From the NCBI RefSeq assembly GCF_009914755.1, contig NC_060932.1: 64,000 bases of DNA; one strand, 5' to 3'. The position numbers were made by a program, and so were the translations under genes. The DNA comes from the human T2T-CHM13v2.0 reference genome, Homo sapiens. The notes beneath the pieces are model-generated. The model was given only the letters and a program-made list of their open reading frames with translations, searched no databases and was not told where the DNA came from. Of the stretch, positions 41,724 to 54,250 are shown in pieces (position 1 is the stretch's first letter; each line of letters starts with the position of its first letter).

Positions 41724-41889
41724 GGGATCAAGTCTGACCCTGAAATGTCCTCTTCCATCTAGGTGTTCTGTTCTTATCCGTGATGGACCCACTGGATGCA
41801 CACATACACAAAAAATATCCAATGTGTTCCATTGCATGTGCCTTTTGCTCCAGAGGCCAAAAATGCAAGGACATGTAATGATGTAAAAA

Positions 41890-42140
41890 GCTGCTCTTCA
41901 TAGAATCAGAAGGCCTGGGGTGAATTCCTACTTTTGGCACTTGTGTGTAGTCTCAGGCTGGCCATGTCACTCTTTTGAGCCTTTATCTACAAAATGGGTT
42001 TCTTATCTTTACAAAATGCTTTGAGTGCCTCCACCAGAGACTGTAGTGAAAATCAAAATCATATCACATGTGATGTTGCTTTGTAAGCTGACTTGCTAGT
42101 CAAATGTATTATGTAAGTAATGTCATCATCATTATTATTA
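41890..42140 (+). mobile_element. MIR relic
   Basis: GAATCAGAAGGCCTGGGGTGAATTCC...TCTACAAAATGGG...GCTTTGTAAGCTG. Confidence 0.55.
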
Positions 42141-42483
42141 TTTAGACTCAGGTTGTAGCTTTCTTCCACACTCCACACCCTGGGCTAGTAGGAGAGGTAC
42201 GCATTCATTCTTTTATTCATTCACTTATTTAATTACAAATTCAAGACTGGAAAGTTGTCAAATAAGGAAATAAACTATCCTAAAGGGTCAGTACAGACTC
42301 ATAGAACATTCCAAGCACATCTAATTGAGGTTTTATTGCCTACTTCTACTTTTATGTGTTCCTGTAATTTGGCTGTAGAACAGGGGTCTAAGATAAGAGA
42401 AACCTAAGTGCTTGCCTGGATTTTTAGACCGTGAGAAGCAGTAAGTCATGCATTGTTATGAAGCCTCATTTAAAGGGTGATTG

Positions 42484-42930
42484 GTATGTCAGATATTGTT
42501 TCTATTCCACCAAAATCTATTCTCCTGTTCTCCCTAAGTTACAGCCACATTACCTGTCCCTTGCAGGAAGATGTGGCCATGAGACTGAGTTATAGCTAGT
42601 GGAGTGTAAACAGAAGTAGAGTGCGACGTTGTAACTTGACCCTTAGGAAAAACACACACACACCAAAACAAACAAAAAACCTCTCAAGCACATTTCTTGC
42701 TTTTCCTCTTCTCCAAGGCCTGAAAGGATATGGATGACAGCAATCCTGGAAGCCACATGTTAACAACAGCAGTCTGGGTCCCTTAATGACCTAGTGGAGC
42801 AGAGCTGCCCCTGACTTGGAACCTTCACTTTGGACAGATGACTGGGCTAAATATAACTACTTGTTGTTCATATTGTATTGTCAGCCACTAAATTTTAAAT
42901 TCTATATATGGTAGTATTTTCTTACTAAAA
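42484..42930 (+). mobile_element. MLT1-type MaLR LTR relic
   Basis: CCTTGCAGGAAGATGTGGCCATGAGACTGAG...CTGGGTCCCTTAATGAC...GTGGAGCAGAGCTGCC. Confidence 0.65.
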
Positions 42931-43097
42931 ATTATATAGGTATGTCTATCTTTTTTACTTACCTCCTTGATGTCTTCCTTTCCATCTGTCTTCCTGCCTT
43001 CCTCTGTTTTGCTAAAATGCACAAATCCATAACCCTCAAGGTAAGAAGTGCATTGGTTTCAAAACTTCTCAAATTTTACAAAGTTAAGGTGATATAC

Positions 43098-43248
43098 AAG
43101 GGCTGGTCCCTGGTGAGGCTTGAGGCTTAATTCTTATGTAATTTGGGAAGATTCTTCAAGTAAAATATTACAAATTTTTGAATGCAAAATTATGTACAAA
43201 AGCCTTGAAGCCTAAGCTTCATCAGCTTAACAATAAATACCTCACTGG
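43098..43248. mobile_element. Small hAT MITE relic
   Basis: GAAGCCTAAGCTTCATCAGCTT...AAATACCTCACTG end; family not securely assigned. Confidence 0.4.
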
Positions 43249-43372
43249 TGGTGTGGCCACACTATATGTAGTCATGTAATATTACTGGCAAGTTTTGGTT
43301 GAAATTCCTAATCAAATGTATTAATATTTATTCACAAAACATGAATATTCTACTTGGGATCAATAAAGACTG

Positions 43373-43668
43373 GGCCAGGCGTGGTGGCTCACACCTATAA
43401 TTTCAGCACTTGGGGAGGTCAAGGCGAGAGCATCTCTTGAGGTCAAGACCAGCCTGGCCAACATGATGAAACCCCATCTCTACCAAAAAATACAAAAATT
43501 AGTCAGGTGTAGTGATGTGCACCTGTAATCCCAGCTATTCAGGGGGCTGAGGCAGGAGAATTGCTTGAACCTGGGAGACAGAGGTTTCAGTGAGCCGAGA
43601 TCATGCCACTGCACTCCAGCCTGGGCAGCAGAGTGAGATGCCATCTCAAAGAGTAAAAAATAAAAAAA
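43373..43668 (+). mobile_element. AluS (Sz-like) with a small internal deletion in the left arm
   Basis: TGAGGTC^AAGACCAGCC; TSD AATAAAGACTG on both sides. Confidence 0.93.
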
Positions 43669-44139
43669 TAAAGACTGTACATAGTCTCTCAGTGATTTAG
43701 GTCATAGTTTCCCTCTCAAATAGTTAAAGTCAGGTTTGGTCTTGCTGTCAAATTAATTTTTTAAAATATAGCTTTGGAAATTTTTGGATTTGGGAATTGT
43801 AAATATAGGAGATTTATGTAACAAATCATCTGTTCTTAGCAGACAATGTGAAGGGAGGAGGATACCTTCTATACAATCTAAACCCTTCCCTTCAAGTAGT
43901 CTACAATCTCATTAATAAGTAGAGCATGAAGAAACTTAGCTACAATGCGATTACTTCCACAAGAGTAGCTCACAAAGGGAATGAATGTAAGCTTTGTGCA
44001 GCCTGTAAGAGCTTCCTGTTAATGAGCACTAAGTTCTTAGGGAAACAGGGATCCCAAAGTGTCTGCTCCCAGCCACTGTGATGTTAACTGATGTTCACCT
44101 AGAGGACATGGCAGGTTCAGGTGTCCCAAACAGTGAGGC

Positions 44140-44485
44140 AGTTAGAAGCAAATTGAAATCAGAAACAGGCAGACCTGAGCTCAGATACTGATTCTTCTAT
44201 TTATTAATTGGGTAAGTTAGCTAACTCTTCTGAATTGTTAGTTATAATTAATGAGATGCAACAATAATTGTATTATTGGCTACCAGTTTTAAGTCCTTAC
44301 TACATTTCAAGCATTGTGATACGTGCTTCACCTGACTGATCACCTCTAATCCTGCCAATAACTGTGTGAGATAGATGTATTACTTTTTTTTAGACTAAGA
44401 ATTAAAGGTCAGAGAGCTTTAAAAACTCATCTAAGATTCAGGTCTCTCTGACCCCAAAATCCAAGCATGAACTACTGTTACTCTG
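44140..44485. mobile_element. Two MIR relics in opposite orientation
   Basis: CAGACCTGAGCTCAGAT...GGGTAAGTTAGCTAACTCTTCTGA (+); TAATCCTGCCAATAACTGTGTGAGATAG (-). Confidence 0.5.
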
Positions 44486-44879
44486 CCCCTCCTTGAGACA
44501 AGTCATACTATAAAAATAACACCAAAAGCTGCAAACATAAAATTATGCCAAAGCTGTGTGCTGAAGTCCCTCCAAAGCTTCAGAATTTTTTCCCCTGACT
44601 CTGCTTTTGACCCACACACTTGACATCTTTTCCTACCCTAATCTCTTCCTTCTCACAATGACATTATCCTACATTCTAAGGCAATAATAATAAAAAGAAA
44701 GACCATAAGATGCAACTAGAGTATGACTAGTTTTTGCGACCTTCAAAACATCTTTTATGTTTTAAAATATTTTAATTTGGTAATTTTGCATAAAAATCTA
44801 TATATCAGGCCTCTCTTAAGAAATTGAGAGATATAACACCAGGCTTGCATTTTTTATGACAATAACTGACAGCCCACCA

Positions 44880-45110
44880 CATCTCAAGTAGGTTCCCTTG
44901 TTATACTTGCTCATAGCACCTTGTACTTTTCTTTATAGCATTTAACATAATTCATAATTCTACATTTATTTCTGTAAATATATATGTACTACTTGTTTCC
45001 CAGACTCAAAAGTAAGCTCCAGGTCTTATTTGCTTACACTGTATCCTCAGGGTTTAATAGACAACTCAGTTTAAAGTAGGCAGGCAACAAATACTTGTTA
45101 AAGAAATAAG
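44880..45110 (+). mobile_element. L2 3' end relic
   Basis: CTCATAGCACCTTGTACTT...GTAAGCTCC...AAATACTTGTTAAAGAA. Confidence 0.6.
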
Positions 45111-46964
45111 CATTTCTGAATTAATAAGAAAGAAAGACGACATGGAGGTAGCATATTCATGGGTCCATTTTTCACCCTGTTACTAGGATAATTCATTAAA
45201 CTATGCTCTCCAATGTGGATCTGTCCTCAGCCTTTTTGAAGAGTTGATCCATAATGGCTAAGAACAACTGCCATCTGGGTCCAAATGTTGTAAGTATAAT
45301 GACTTCATAGTGATATCTTTCTGCCACTTAATGACCCTAAACATTAAAGAAATTAGAATTGGCAGAGTCTGTGGGGCTATTGTTTTTTTAACTTACTGGG
45401 GTTTCCAAATGGTAGCTTTATGCTGCCAGCTAGTATAATATTAAGGATTTATAGGCAATAAAACATAGGCCCCCAATCATAAGACTTGTCATGAGCTGCA
45501 CATGGGAAAACAGTCTCCAATTTATGTTGCCTGATGAGACAGTGATTGACCATAATCATATCTTGATTCTATAGACTGGCTTTCTTCAGAGGACCATAAG
45601 GTCCTTGAGCATATGGTTTATGATCTTACTAACAGACATCAGTGAGGACACACATAGATAGGAAATGTCCCTCACTAAACCTTCTGCAAAGCACTCAGCA
45701 CATTAACCTCCCCTGGCTGTTTTGAGTCTCTGTTATTTGAGTGAATTCATTAATCCAACAAATTTAGCGACTACCAAGAGTCCAATACTGTGCACACAGC
45801 TCCTCTCCTCATTGTGGTGAAATAACCTCTGCAGCTAATTCCAGGTATGTTTTCCAGTGAGTATTTTCTGATCCTCACAGGTAGATAAACTTCTCCCAGT
45901 TCTCCTCCCCAGTGTTCTTAGCATTTTGTCAATTCTTACTTCATGGTCAGCCTCATGTGAGAATCAGGCAGCCCTGGCTCCTTGGAGAGGCACAGGTTTT
46001 CACGGCAGATGGACATGGGTGTGCCCTATCCACCTTCAATCACTGTGTGAATGGGTATGCAAATTAATTATTTAATTCACAATTTTCTTATCTTCAAAAT
46101 CAGAAATAATATGACTTGCTTTACTTAGTTGGGAAAAATATGTAGGATATTGTACATAAATTATTTAAATATAGAGATGACATTAGATAAATATTAAATT
46201 CCTTCCCTTCTAGAATGCAGGAAGTGTGCACTTTCATCTATTCATCTCAGCTCTTGGCAGAGTCCCTGATGATTTGGGGGGAGATCAATAAAAACTATGA
46301 AAACAAATAAGAGAGGGGAATACAGAGTCATTAAATCATGTTGGTCTTTTAATGGCAGCAGTAACTGAACAAATAGAAAATCTGAAAGTTCCCAAAACTA
46401 ATCCAACAAAAAATAGGTTTAAGATATGAATGGATATTTCTTAACAAAAGGATCCCATAGTCAACACAACCACCACTGGTAAGCTTTAATTTGAAGATTC
46501 ACTATAAGTTCTCTTCAAGAAAAACCCATTTGACTATTTGAGCTAAGTGTTTGACATTCCATTTCTTCCATCATGAGAAAGCTCTTAATTTGCTCCTCTG
46601 TGGGTGTCTCCTACTTCATGACAAATCCAAGTCCCTGGGGTTTACTTGGTCCCAGGACTGACACAGGTCAATCCTAGTTGCAAATTGCCATGCAGAGTAG
46701 AACCTGAAAACCTTCCCAGTCCACTGGGGGCCATGCTGTACTGTATTGCTGAAGTCAATGGCACATGCTAAAAAGCAGATGCTCTTTCATTGTCTTTAGA
46801 AGACGTTCTTGACTTCCACTGTGGTGATCTAAACATGCCACCACTACTGGCCAAGCAATTACTTACACAGGCAGTGCGGGGAAAGGAACAGTAGGTCTTA
46901 TCTCATTGTCTACTCTGCCATGGTCACCCCATACCTATGCACACATGGACTCCATATTGGTCAA

Positions 46965-47410
46965 TGTTGTTGCAGGAAGTCATGCCCAAGGGGTTTAACT
47001 GAAAAAAGCTTAGAAAAGGAACAATTTCAGAGGAGAGGTCAGTGTTGAAGGGGCTAAGTGGGGTTAGTGAAGCTTGCAGGCACCAGCAACCACAAGAAGC
47101 CTTTGCCAGCCCAGGCCAGAGAAGCATGTGAGAGCCATGGAAGCCGTGTACCCAGCAAAGAAGCCATGTACCCAACATAGGAATACAGCCACTGCCAGAT
47201 CCATGTGGAGGTAGGGAGGAAGCAATGGAATAAACACTCTAACCTCTCTATCTTCCCACTCTCCATCATCTGCTGGTAGCCCCCATTGGTCAACTTTAAT
47301 GAGATGTCAGGAGGCTAGAGATCTTGATGTTATAGATCCTGGAGATCAGCTTGCCTGGGAACACTAAAGGGCAGAGAATGGATTTGGGGGACACTGGAGC
47401 ACAATCAGCA
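46965..47410 (-). mobile_element. Old ERVL-type LTR relic (LTR78/79-like)
   Basis: CTCCATCATCTGCTGGTAGCCCCCATTGGTCAAC...GGGCAGAGAATGGAT; family uncertain. Confidence 0.4.
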
Positions 47411-50399
47411 TAAGCTCCTAATGCTGCAGCCTTTGATAACATGGATTCATTCTCTTTCCTCCTCCCAATGCACCAGAATGCTGGAAGGAGAATGTTTGAC
47501 TCAGTTATGAAGTGTATCCCAAGTGAGATTTCTTCTCTGATAAATTAGGTCTTGATGTTGAGCCCAGATCCCCCATTTGAGTATTTCCTTGTCCTTTCAA
47601 AGGCTGTACTTGGTGGCTTTTGTGCAGGTCTCAGTCAATGTCACCTCAATCAAGAAGATGGTTCATGACATTGAATCTTAAGCAGGAAGGTATCAAGGTG
47701 CTAGTTCTCCACAAGGCCCCTTGGTCCTGCTACAAATTTGACTACTGCCACCTTTGCAAAGTTCAGTTTCCTTTAAGCAATATTTACGTGAGAAACAGAA
47801 GCTGTTTTTAAAACAAAAACAAAACAAAAAGTAAACAAGAAAAAAACCTGTTACATTCTATTGCAGATTTTCTACCCAAGTAATCTTACTTAGAATAAAG
47901 ATATTCACAAATATGGCTTCCTGTTTGGACATAATTACTTGAGGGAAACTTTAAATGAGAATTTCATGGAAAAAAAACCCACAGAAAAACAAAAAACGAG
48001 ATAACAGCAAGAATATGTGTCTGTCTGAATGTTTATCTAGACACAGATATAAATTGACAGATATCTGTTATTATAATTATTACTATATTATTTCATTATC
48101 ATCATAAGCCTGGTAAAACGAAATTAAAATAACAATGAGATAATTACGTTTTTCCTGTTGGCAAAAGTGATATTTAAGACATTATTTAACTGGCGTGGCA
48201 TAGAGAAAGTTCCTGAGAGCTTGTTCCCTCAGTTATTTATCCTGTAGTTGCTAGATCCTGGGGAGGCTGGAGGGCCCAGGGTAGAGTCTGGGTTGACTTG
48301 GTCAAGGAATAAACATTTAAAGAGCTTCTTAACAATGATACAAATGTATTTCAATTTTTCATGAACCTATATAATGTGTACAGGTGCATTGCAACTGAGT
48401 AACAACCCTGCTTATTAAATATGGCACAGTCCTCTGCTAATGGGGTGTTGGAGAAAGGGCACCCTCAGTCATTTCTGGTGGCAATGTGAATTCTCAGAGC
48501 CTCTTAGAAAACAAGTATCCCATGTAAAATAAATCTGTTAGATATGCTTTATATTATTTAATACTTAGCCACTTTCCTGCCCTCCCCTTTACCTCCTGAT
48601 TCCAGGGACTCAATAATAAAAATGATAATATTTTAGATTAATATTAGTGGGAATTAACAGAACATAGAATTCTCCAACACTTTGGAATTTATCCCATGGA
48701 AGTATTAATAAAAAAGAATATATCAATACTTAAGGATAGATATACTGATGAATTTATTGTCATGTTATGTGAAATAAAACATTTTTAAAAAAGGATCTGG
48801 GATCAAAGAAATGGCTGAATTATCTCAGAAATAACATAAAGAGCAGGAGCGACTGAGTTAAGCAGAATCTGTCCATTTCTGCAGCAATGGTTTTAATAGC
48901 ATCTTTTAAAGCTCCAACTGCACCATGATGAGCCAGGTTTCACACAGCACTTTGACAACACGGTCTTGATGTTTCTCAGCCAACATCTCCTGAGATCCAC
49001 AAATGGGTAATCACTGACTTTTCTTCCCACATTGGAGCCCTCAAGATTGTGTGCAATATTATGCTAAAGGCAAACCTCATGTGGCCCACATGAGATCCTT
49101 CAGTCCTCTGTCCTCAGTCCTCAGTCAAGCAAAAAGGTTCGGGGAGGCTCAGTGTTCCATTGTTGACTCTGTGGGAGAAATGCAGTTGGCGAGGGTTGGA
49201 TGGGTTATTTCAGAGCGTGGAAATAAAAAATGGAAATGCAGTTCCACAGTCAGCTGTCTACCTCTTGGGGAAACTTGTTTCACACATTCTCTAGTTTTCA
49301 TTCATGGTCTTAGAAATTCATTTGCTATGCCCAGATGGATCTCAGGGACTCAGAAATGATATTTGTAATCATGAGAATTTTAGGAAAGTGAGAACAGGAC
49401 ACTCTGTCTCCAGTATCATTTCCATCCTTTTGGACACAGCCTCCTATTATTCAAACCTGTCAAGCCACATGAGGGTGGATAATGGGATACTGGAGATCTA
49501 AACCAGCCAAATAGGCAGAGCGTCATTGAGAATCATATTCTAGCTGTTCCAGAGTGTGAGCCTTGGATGGGGATCAGAGATAAGCATGAAGGCTTTCACA
49601 ATGAAATTTATAAAAATTATGCAATTCTGGTTCAAAATTTTCTAAATATTTTAATAAAAAGTGAAAATGAAAATTAATCTCCAGGTGGTTTTTGTTGTCT
49701 CACATGTAAAATGGATAATAATAGTCAATTTCTCACTGGAGGGTTTTAAGGGTGAATAAGATAGTATTAATCAATCTCAAATCATTTGTTGAATGAGGCA
49801 GTAGATAGACAGACAAATAAAGTAAGATAAATATAGCTACATAGATAGAGACTGGCAGCTACATGCTGATGGTGAATATTAAAATCTGAGCTCAGTGTTC
49901 ATTATTCACTAGGTCTTCAATACATGTTTGTTGAATATATTGATTATTAGAACAAAGTTTTGTTTTGTGTGTGTGAACTTTGAATCTGTAAACATTATGT
50001 CTTCACATGCAATAACTATCTAAAAGTTAGGATAAAAGCTGTATTTCAAAACGTTGCATTTCCACTGGTCAATTCCACTTGTAGAGTATTGAACAATTAT
50101 CCAAAGCAGTTACAAGGACAAGTATCTTCTGCCTGAGCTGAAAGCATAAACTTCCACAGGGCAGATACCTATCTATGAGTACGGAGTCCATGAGGAAATG
50201 TAGATGCATCACTTTCCTACTTGGAGGGAAGAGTTTCTATAGATGATGTGTGAGGTGTATGTAGGGAGTGTTTCATGTACAAATTGGTCTATACAATTAT
50301 AAGCTGTATCTTATAAAATTATTCTATCTTGGTCATTTGTGAATACAACCTGGTTTGGATGAATCTAGTTACCAACTTCTGATAACAATGACATTAATA

Positions 50400-50640
50400 A
50401 TGATGATGATTGCTAGCACTCTATGTACACAGTTCTGTCTGAGAGATTTGTGTCTATTAACTCATTTAATATCTCCAAGAGTCTTATATGTTAGGTCCTA
50501 TTAACATGCCCATTTTCCTGATGAACCCACTGAGACACACAAAAATGATGAATTTAATGATATCACACATCTTATAAATGGCAGAGCTGGGGTGAGAATA
50601 CAACAATCTGAATCCAGAATTTATGCTCTTGGCCACTAAA
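50400..50640 (-). mobile_element. MIR relic
   Basis: TATTAACTCATTTAAT...CCCATTTTCCTGATGAACCCACTGAGACAC...ATGGCAGAGCTGGG. Confidence 0.7.
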
Positions 50641-50790
50641 AAACACTTTTTTTTAATAGCATAGGAAACGGAGGCCTAGGGAAAAAAAAAAAGATTAATA
50701 GTTCAGCGCCAAGGTTCAGCAGTGCCTTTTGATTTAATTAGTACAAATCCACTAAATGCTTAGTTCAGTCCAGCAAATGGGCAAGGTACT

Positions 50791-51520
50791 TTCTATGGTT
50801 CTAGTATTTGTGCCCTCCAAAATTTGTGTTGAAACTTAATCCCCAACGTGACAGCATTGAAAGGTGAGGCCTTTAAAAGGTGATTGAATCAGAAGGGTTA
50901 TCCCCTCAAAATGAATTAATCATAATTAATAGACTAACAGGTTATCATGAGAAGGGAACTGGTGACTGTATAAAAGAGGAGGAGAGAGTCAGGAAAGGCC
51001 CTGGCATGTTCAAGAAACTTCGAACAAAAGGCAAGTGGGCTTGACTCTTCCCGTGACTGATTTAGTCACCTCCTCTCTCTGGCTGATAATGGTCAATCTT
51101 TTGATAATGACATCTCCTTGTCCCTTGACCTGCTCACAGACCCAGTGATCACTCTATGTTGGTTTTCAGCATATTTTTGTGTTGATATGATATCCACTTT
51201 TCCAACAATGGGATGAGAAGGCAAAAATTGAGGAGGCAACTCTTGGAACTGTCTCTTTCCCCCTCTGTGCTCAGTCTGTTCTCTCTTAGATAGCACATTA
51301 ATACACTCAGTCCCCTTGCAACGGGACACCCTCCTGGGGAGGAGGACACACCTCCTTGGGACTCTGCAGAGAGTCACCACCAGTAAGAAGACTCTTACCA
51401 GATTCAGCCCTTTGACCTGAGACTTCTCAGCCTCCATAACTGTAAGAAATAAATTAGTTTAATTTATAAATAACCCAGTTCAGGGATTATTTTATAAGCA
51501 GCAGAAAATGGACTAAGACA
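50791..51520 (+). mobile_element. MSTD-like MaLR solo LTR carrying a ~300-bp foreign insert
   Basis: CTATGGTT...GTTGAAACTTAATCCCCAA...GGGACTCTGCAGAGAGTC...AATGGACTAAGACA; perfect TSD GTACT. Confidence 0.85.
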
Positions 51521-51769
51521 GTACTAGAGAGACAACAGAGAACAAGCTGGGTTAAGTCCAATCTTTGTCTTCACAGAGAGGAAACACAAATCAGGACACA
51601 GAGCAACATGAGTGGGTGCTGGCAGTAAAGTGTTGTGGAGGCCATGCTGCTGGAGGACAAGGAACAGAGGCAGCATCGAGGCACCAGGGTGAGAGCCGAA
51701 GGATGATTGAGCTGGCCCAGTGAGTACTCTGGAGCTTGACACTCAAGCCCGCTGCACTAGAGGAAAATA

Positions 51770-52655
51770 TCAACCTCACCATAGCCTTGGAAGGTCAGAA
51801 TGGTCTGGCCCCTGACTGCCCCTAGAGTCTTATCTTTGCCACATTTTCCTGTCCTTTCAGGAGTCAAGCCCACCCGCCTTTTTTTCAAAGTTTCTTGAAC
51901 ATGCCAAGGTCTTTTCTGAATCATGCCTCCTTCACATATGCTCTTGCTTCTACCTAAAATGCTCTCTGTCTCTCTCCAAAGCTAATGTGATTTCCCCACC
52001 TCAGGGCTTGGTTCCATGGCTTCTTCTCAGGGAGGCTGTGCTGAACCACTCTTTGAGTAGTTTCCTCCAATGATTTCAATTTGTGATTGTTAGGAGTTGA
52101 GTTACATTGCCGAGAAAATTCATACATCAAAGTCCTAAGTCCCAGCACCCGAGAATGTAAACTTATTTAGAGATAGAGCCTTTACAGAGGTAATTAAGTA
52201 AAAATGAGGTCACAGGAGTGAGGTCATGGAATAGGGGTGAGCCCTATTCCAATATGACTGGTGTCCTTATAAGAAGGGGGAAGTTTGGACACAGGCACAC
52301 ACACAGGAAGAACACCACATGAAGATGAAGGCAGAAATTGAGGTGATGCTTCCACAAGTCAAAGAAAGCCAAAGATTGCTAGCTAAACACTGGTAGCTAG
52401 GAGAGCAGTTTGGGATCCAGCCCTTCAATACCTTGGTTTCAACTTTTAGCCTCCAGAACTGTGAGACAATAAATATATATTATTTAAGCCAAGCAGTGTG
52501 TGGTTCTTTGCTACAGAAGCCCTGGCAAACTAATATAGTGATTCACACTTTATGGGTCTACCACAAGCTCCATGGAGTAAGGGAGTATGTGAGACAGTCA
52601 TCAGTGCCCTTAACAGGACTGGTTAAAGTGCGTACTTAAGGAACTCTTGCCATTA
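51770..52655 (+). mobile_element. L2 relic interrupted by MLT1B/C
   Basis: GGTCTGGCCCCTGAC...TTGAACATGCCAAG...; resumes ACAAGCTCCATGGAG after 52542. Confidence 0.6.
52088..52537 (+). mobile_element. MLT1B/C-like MaLR solo LTR
   Basis: TCCAATATGACTGGTGTCCTTATAAGAAG, CCTCCAGAACTGTGAGACAATAAAT; perfect TSD GTGAT. Confidence 0.88.
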
Positions 52656-53039
52656 ACTGATTTTCCTCTCCTCTCCCATCTGCTCCCTCCTTCCTTCTCC
52701 CTTTCCTCTCCCCTCTCATCTTCCATGCGCCTTGCTTATGAAATAATTTCTGGATGAAGCAATCTGTAAGTTTTCAGAACTTGATCATAGCTTGAATCAG
52801 GTCAAGAAACAACTGAGACCAATTGGCAGATCAGATGTCAAGGAGACCCCCCACAGACATCCTACCAAGAGACCCTGATCTAATTTCTGGGTGGTCTTAG
52901 GCATAGCCTGTTTTCTAAAGATGGGTCACAAAGAACTTATAGAGAGGCACAGACCCAGAGGGAAAGTAAAACACACATGGCTTAGTGGTGCTACTGAAGC
53001 CCGATTTAGAACCCTGTTTCTTTCTAACTGTGTGCCCTT

Positions 53040-53800
53040 GAGATATCTCTTTACCTCCAATTCCTACTTATCTATAAACCAGAAATACCGTGTCATCTGC
53101 TTTGTACACTTAACAATATACTGTGAGTCTTTTTTTCTGTTACAACAAATGCTGATTTAACATTTCTTTCTTAATATTTGCAAAACTAGATATATGGTAT
53201 ATATATATTCACACAGTATATATGGTAACATATATGGTGTGTATATATATGTTATATATGATATATATATAGTATATATGGTGTGTGTGTGTATATATAT
53301 ATTCACACAGTAATGTATTTAGCCAATAGTCATTATTATACATTAAGATATCTTCTAAATTTTGCCATTATAATAGTTCATGTGTATATATGATGTGTGT
53401 GCGTATATATATATAAAAATATATATATGAACATATAGTCACAGTAATTTATTTAGCCAATAGTCATTATTATACACTAAGATATCTTCTAAATTTTGCT
53501 ATTATAATAGCTCATGTGATAAACTCTCCTGTATAGTTACTTTATGAACTTATCCAATTATTTTCTTAGGCTATATTATAATTATTTCTTTAGGATCAAT
53601 TTCCATACGATAAATTTAGGTCTAAGAAAATGCAAATTCTAAGATGTCTTCTACATATTGCCAACTTGTTTCCCGGAAAAGTTGGATTCATTCTCCTATC
53701 AGCGATATATGAAAGTGCCTGCTTTCCCACACCAAATATCGTCACTCTTTCATGCATTACCAGCTTAGCAACATTGAACATTTTCACATATTTATAAGCC
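53040..53800 (-). mobile_element. Ancient L1M 3' relic with TA-rich expansion and internal duplication
   Basis: TTCTAAATTTTGCTATTATAA, GGATCAATTTCC, ATATTGCCAACTTG, GTGCCTGCTTTCCCACACC. Confidence 0.6.
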
Positions 53801-54250
53801 ATCTCTGCTTATCTCTTCCCACATCCTGCTATGCTTGTTACTCCCCTAGTGCACCACAGCTGCTTGCTCACTGTGCTGTGGTCCATGTCTAGGGGAAAGC
53901 TTCACCCAGGCTCTCTTAACTTCCAGCATCCTGTTGGATTTGGTCCAATGGTGGCCCCTAAAGAGAATCAGAGGGTCAGCAAGAGATTCTCTCCCCTCCA
54001 CCAGGCCAGGCCAAGGTTTTTCCAGTGGCTGTACTCCTCTGCTGGTGGCCACCATGCTTGTCTGGGGCTCCTCTTTCACAGCCAGGCTTTGGTAACACTG
54101 CCCTCTTCTATGCCCCTTGAGATCTTGCCTGGGAAAGAATTCTGCTGTTGCTGTTCCCTGGGTGTTTCCCATCCTGTGCATTTCTTAACCCTGTCCTCAT
54201 CTCTCCAAACAGTCCCCTTACTACCCTTTCTTCAGTTACCATATGTCTCT
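53800..54250 (+). mobile_element. LTR33-like ERVL relic
   Basis: CATCCTGTTGGATTTGGTCCAATGG...AACAGTCCCCTTACT...TTCAGTTACC. Confidence 0.5.
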
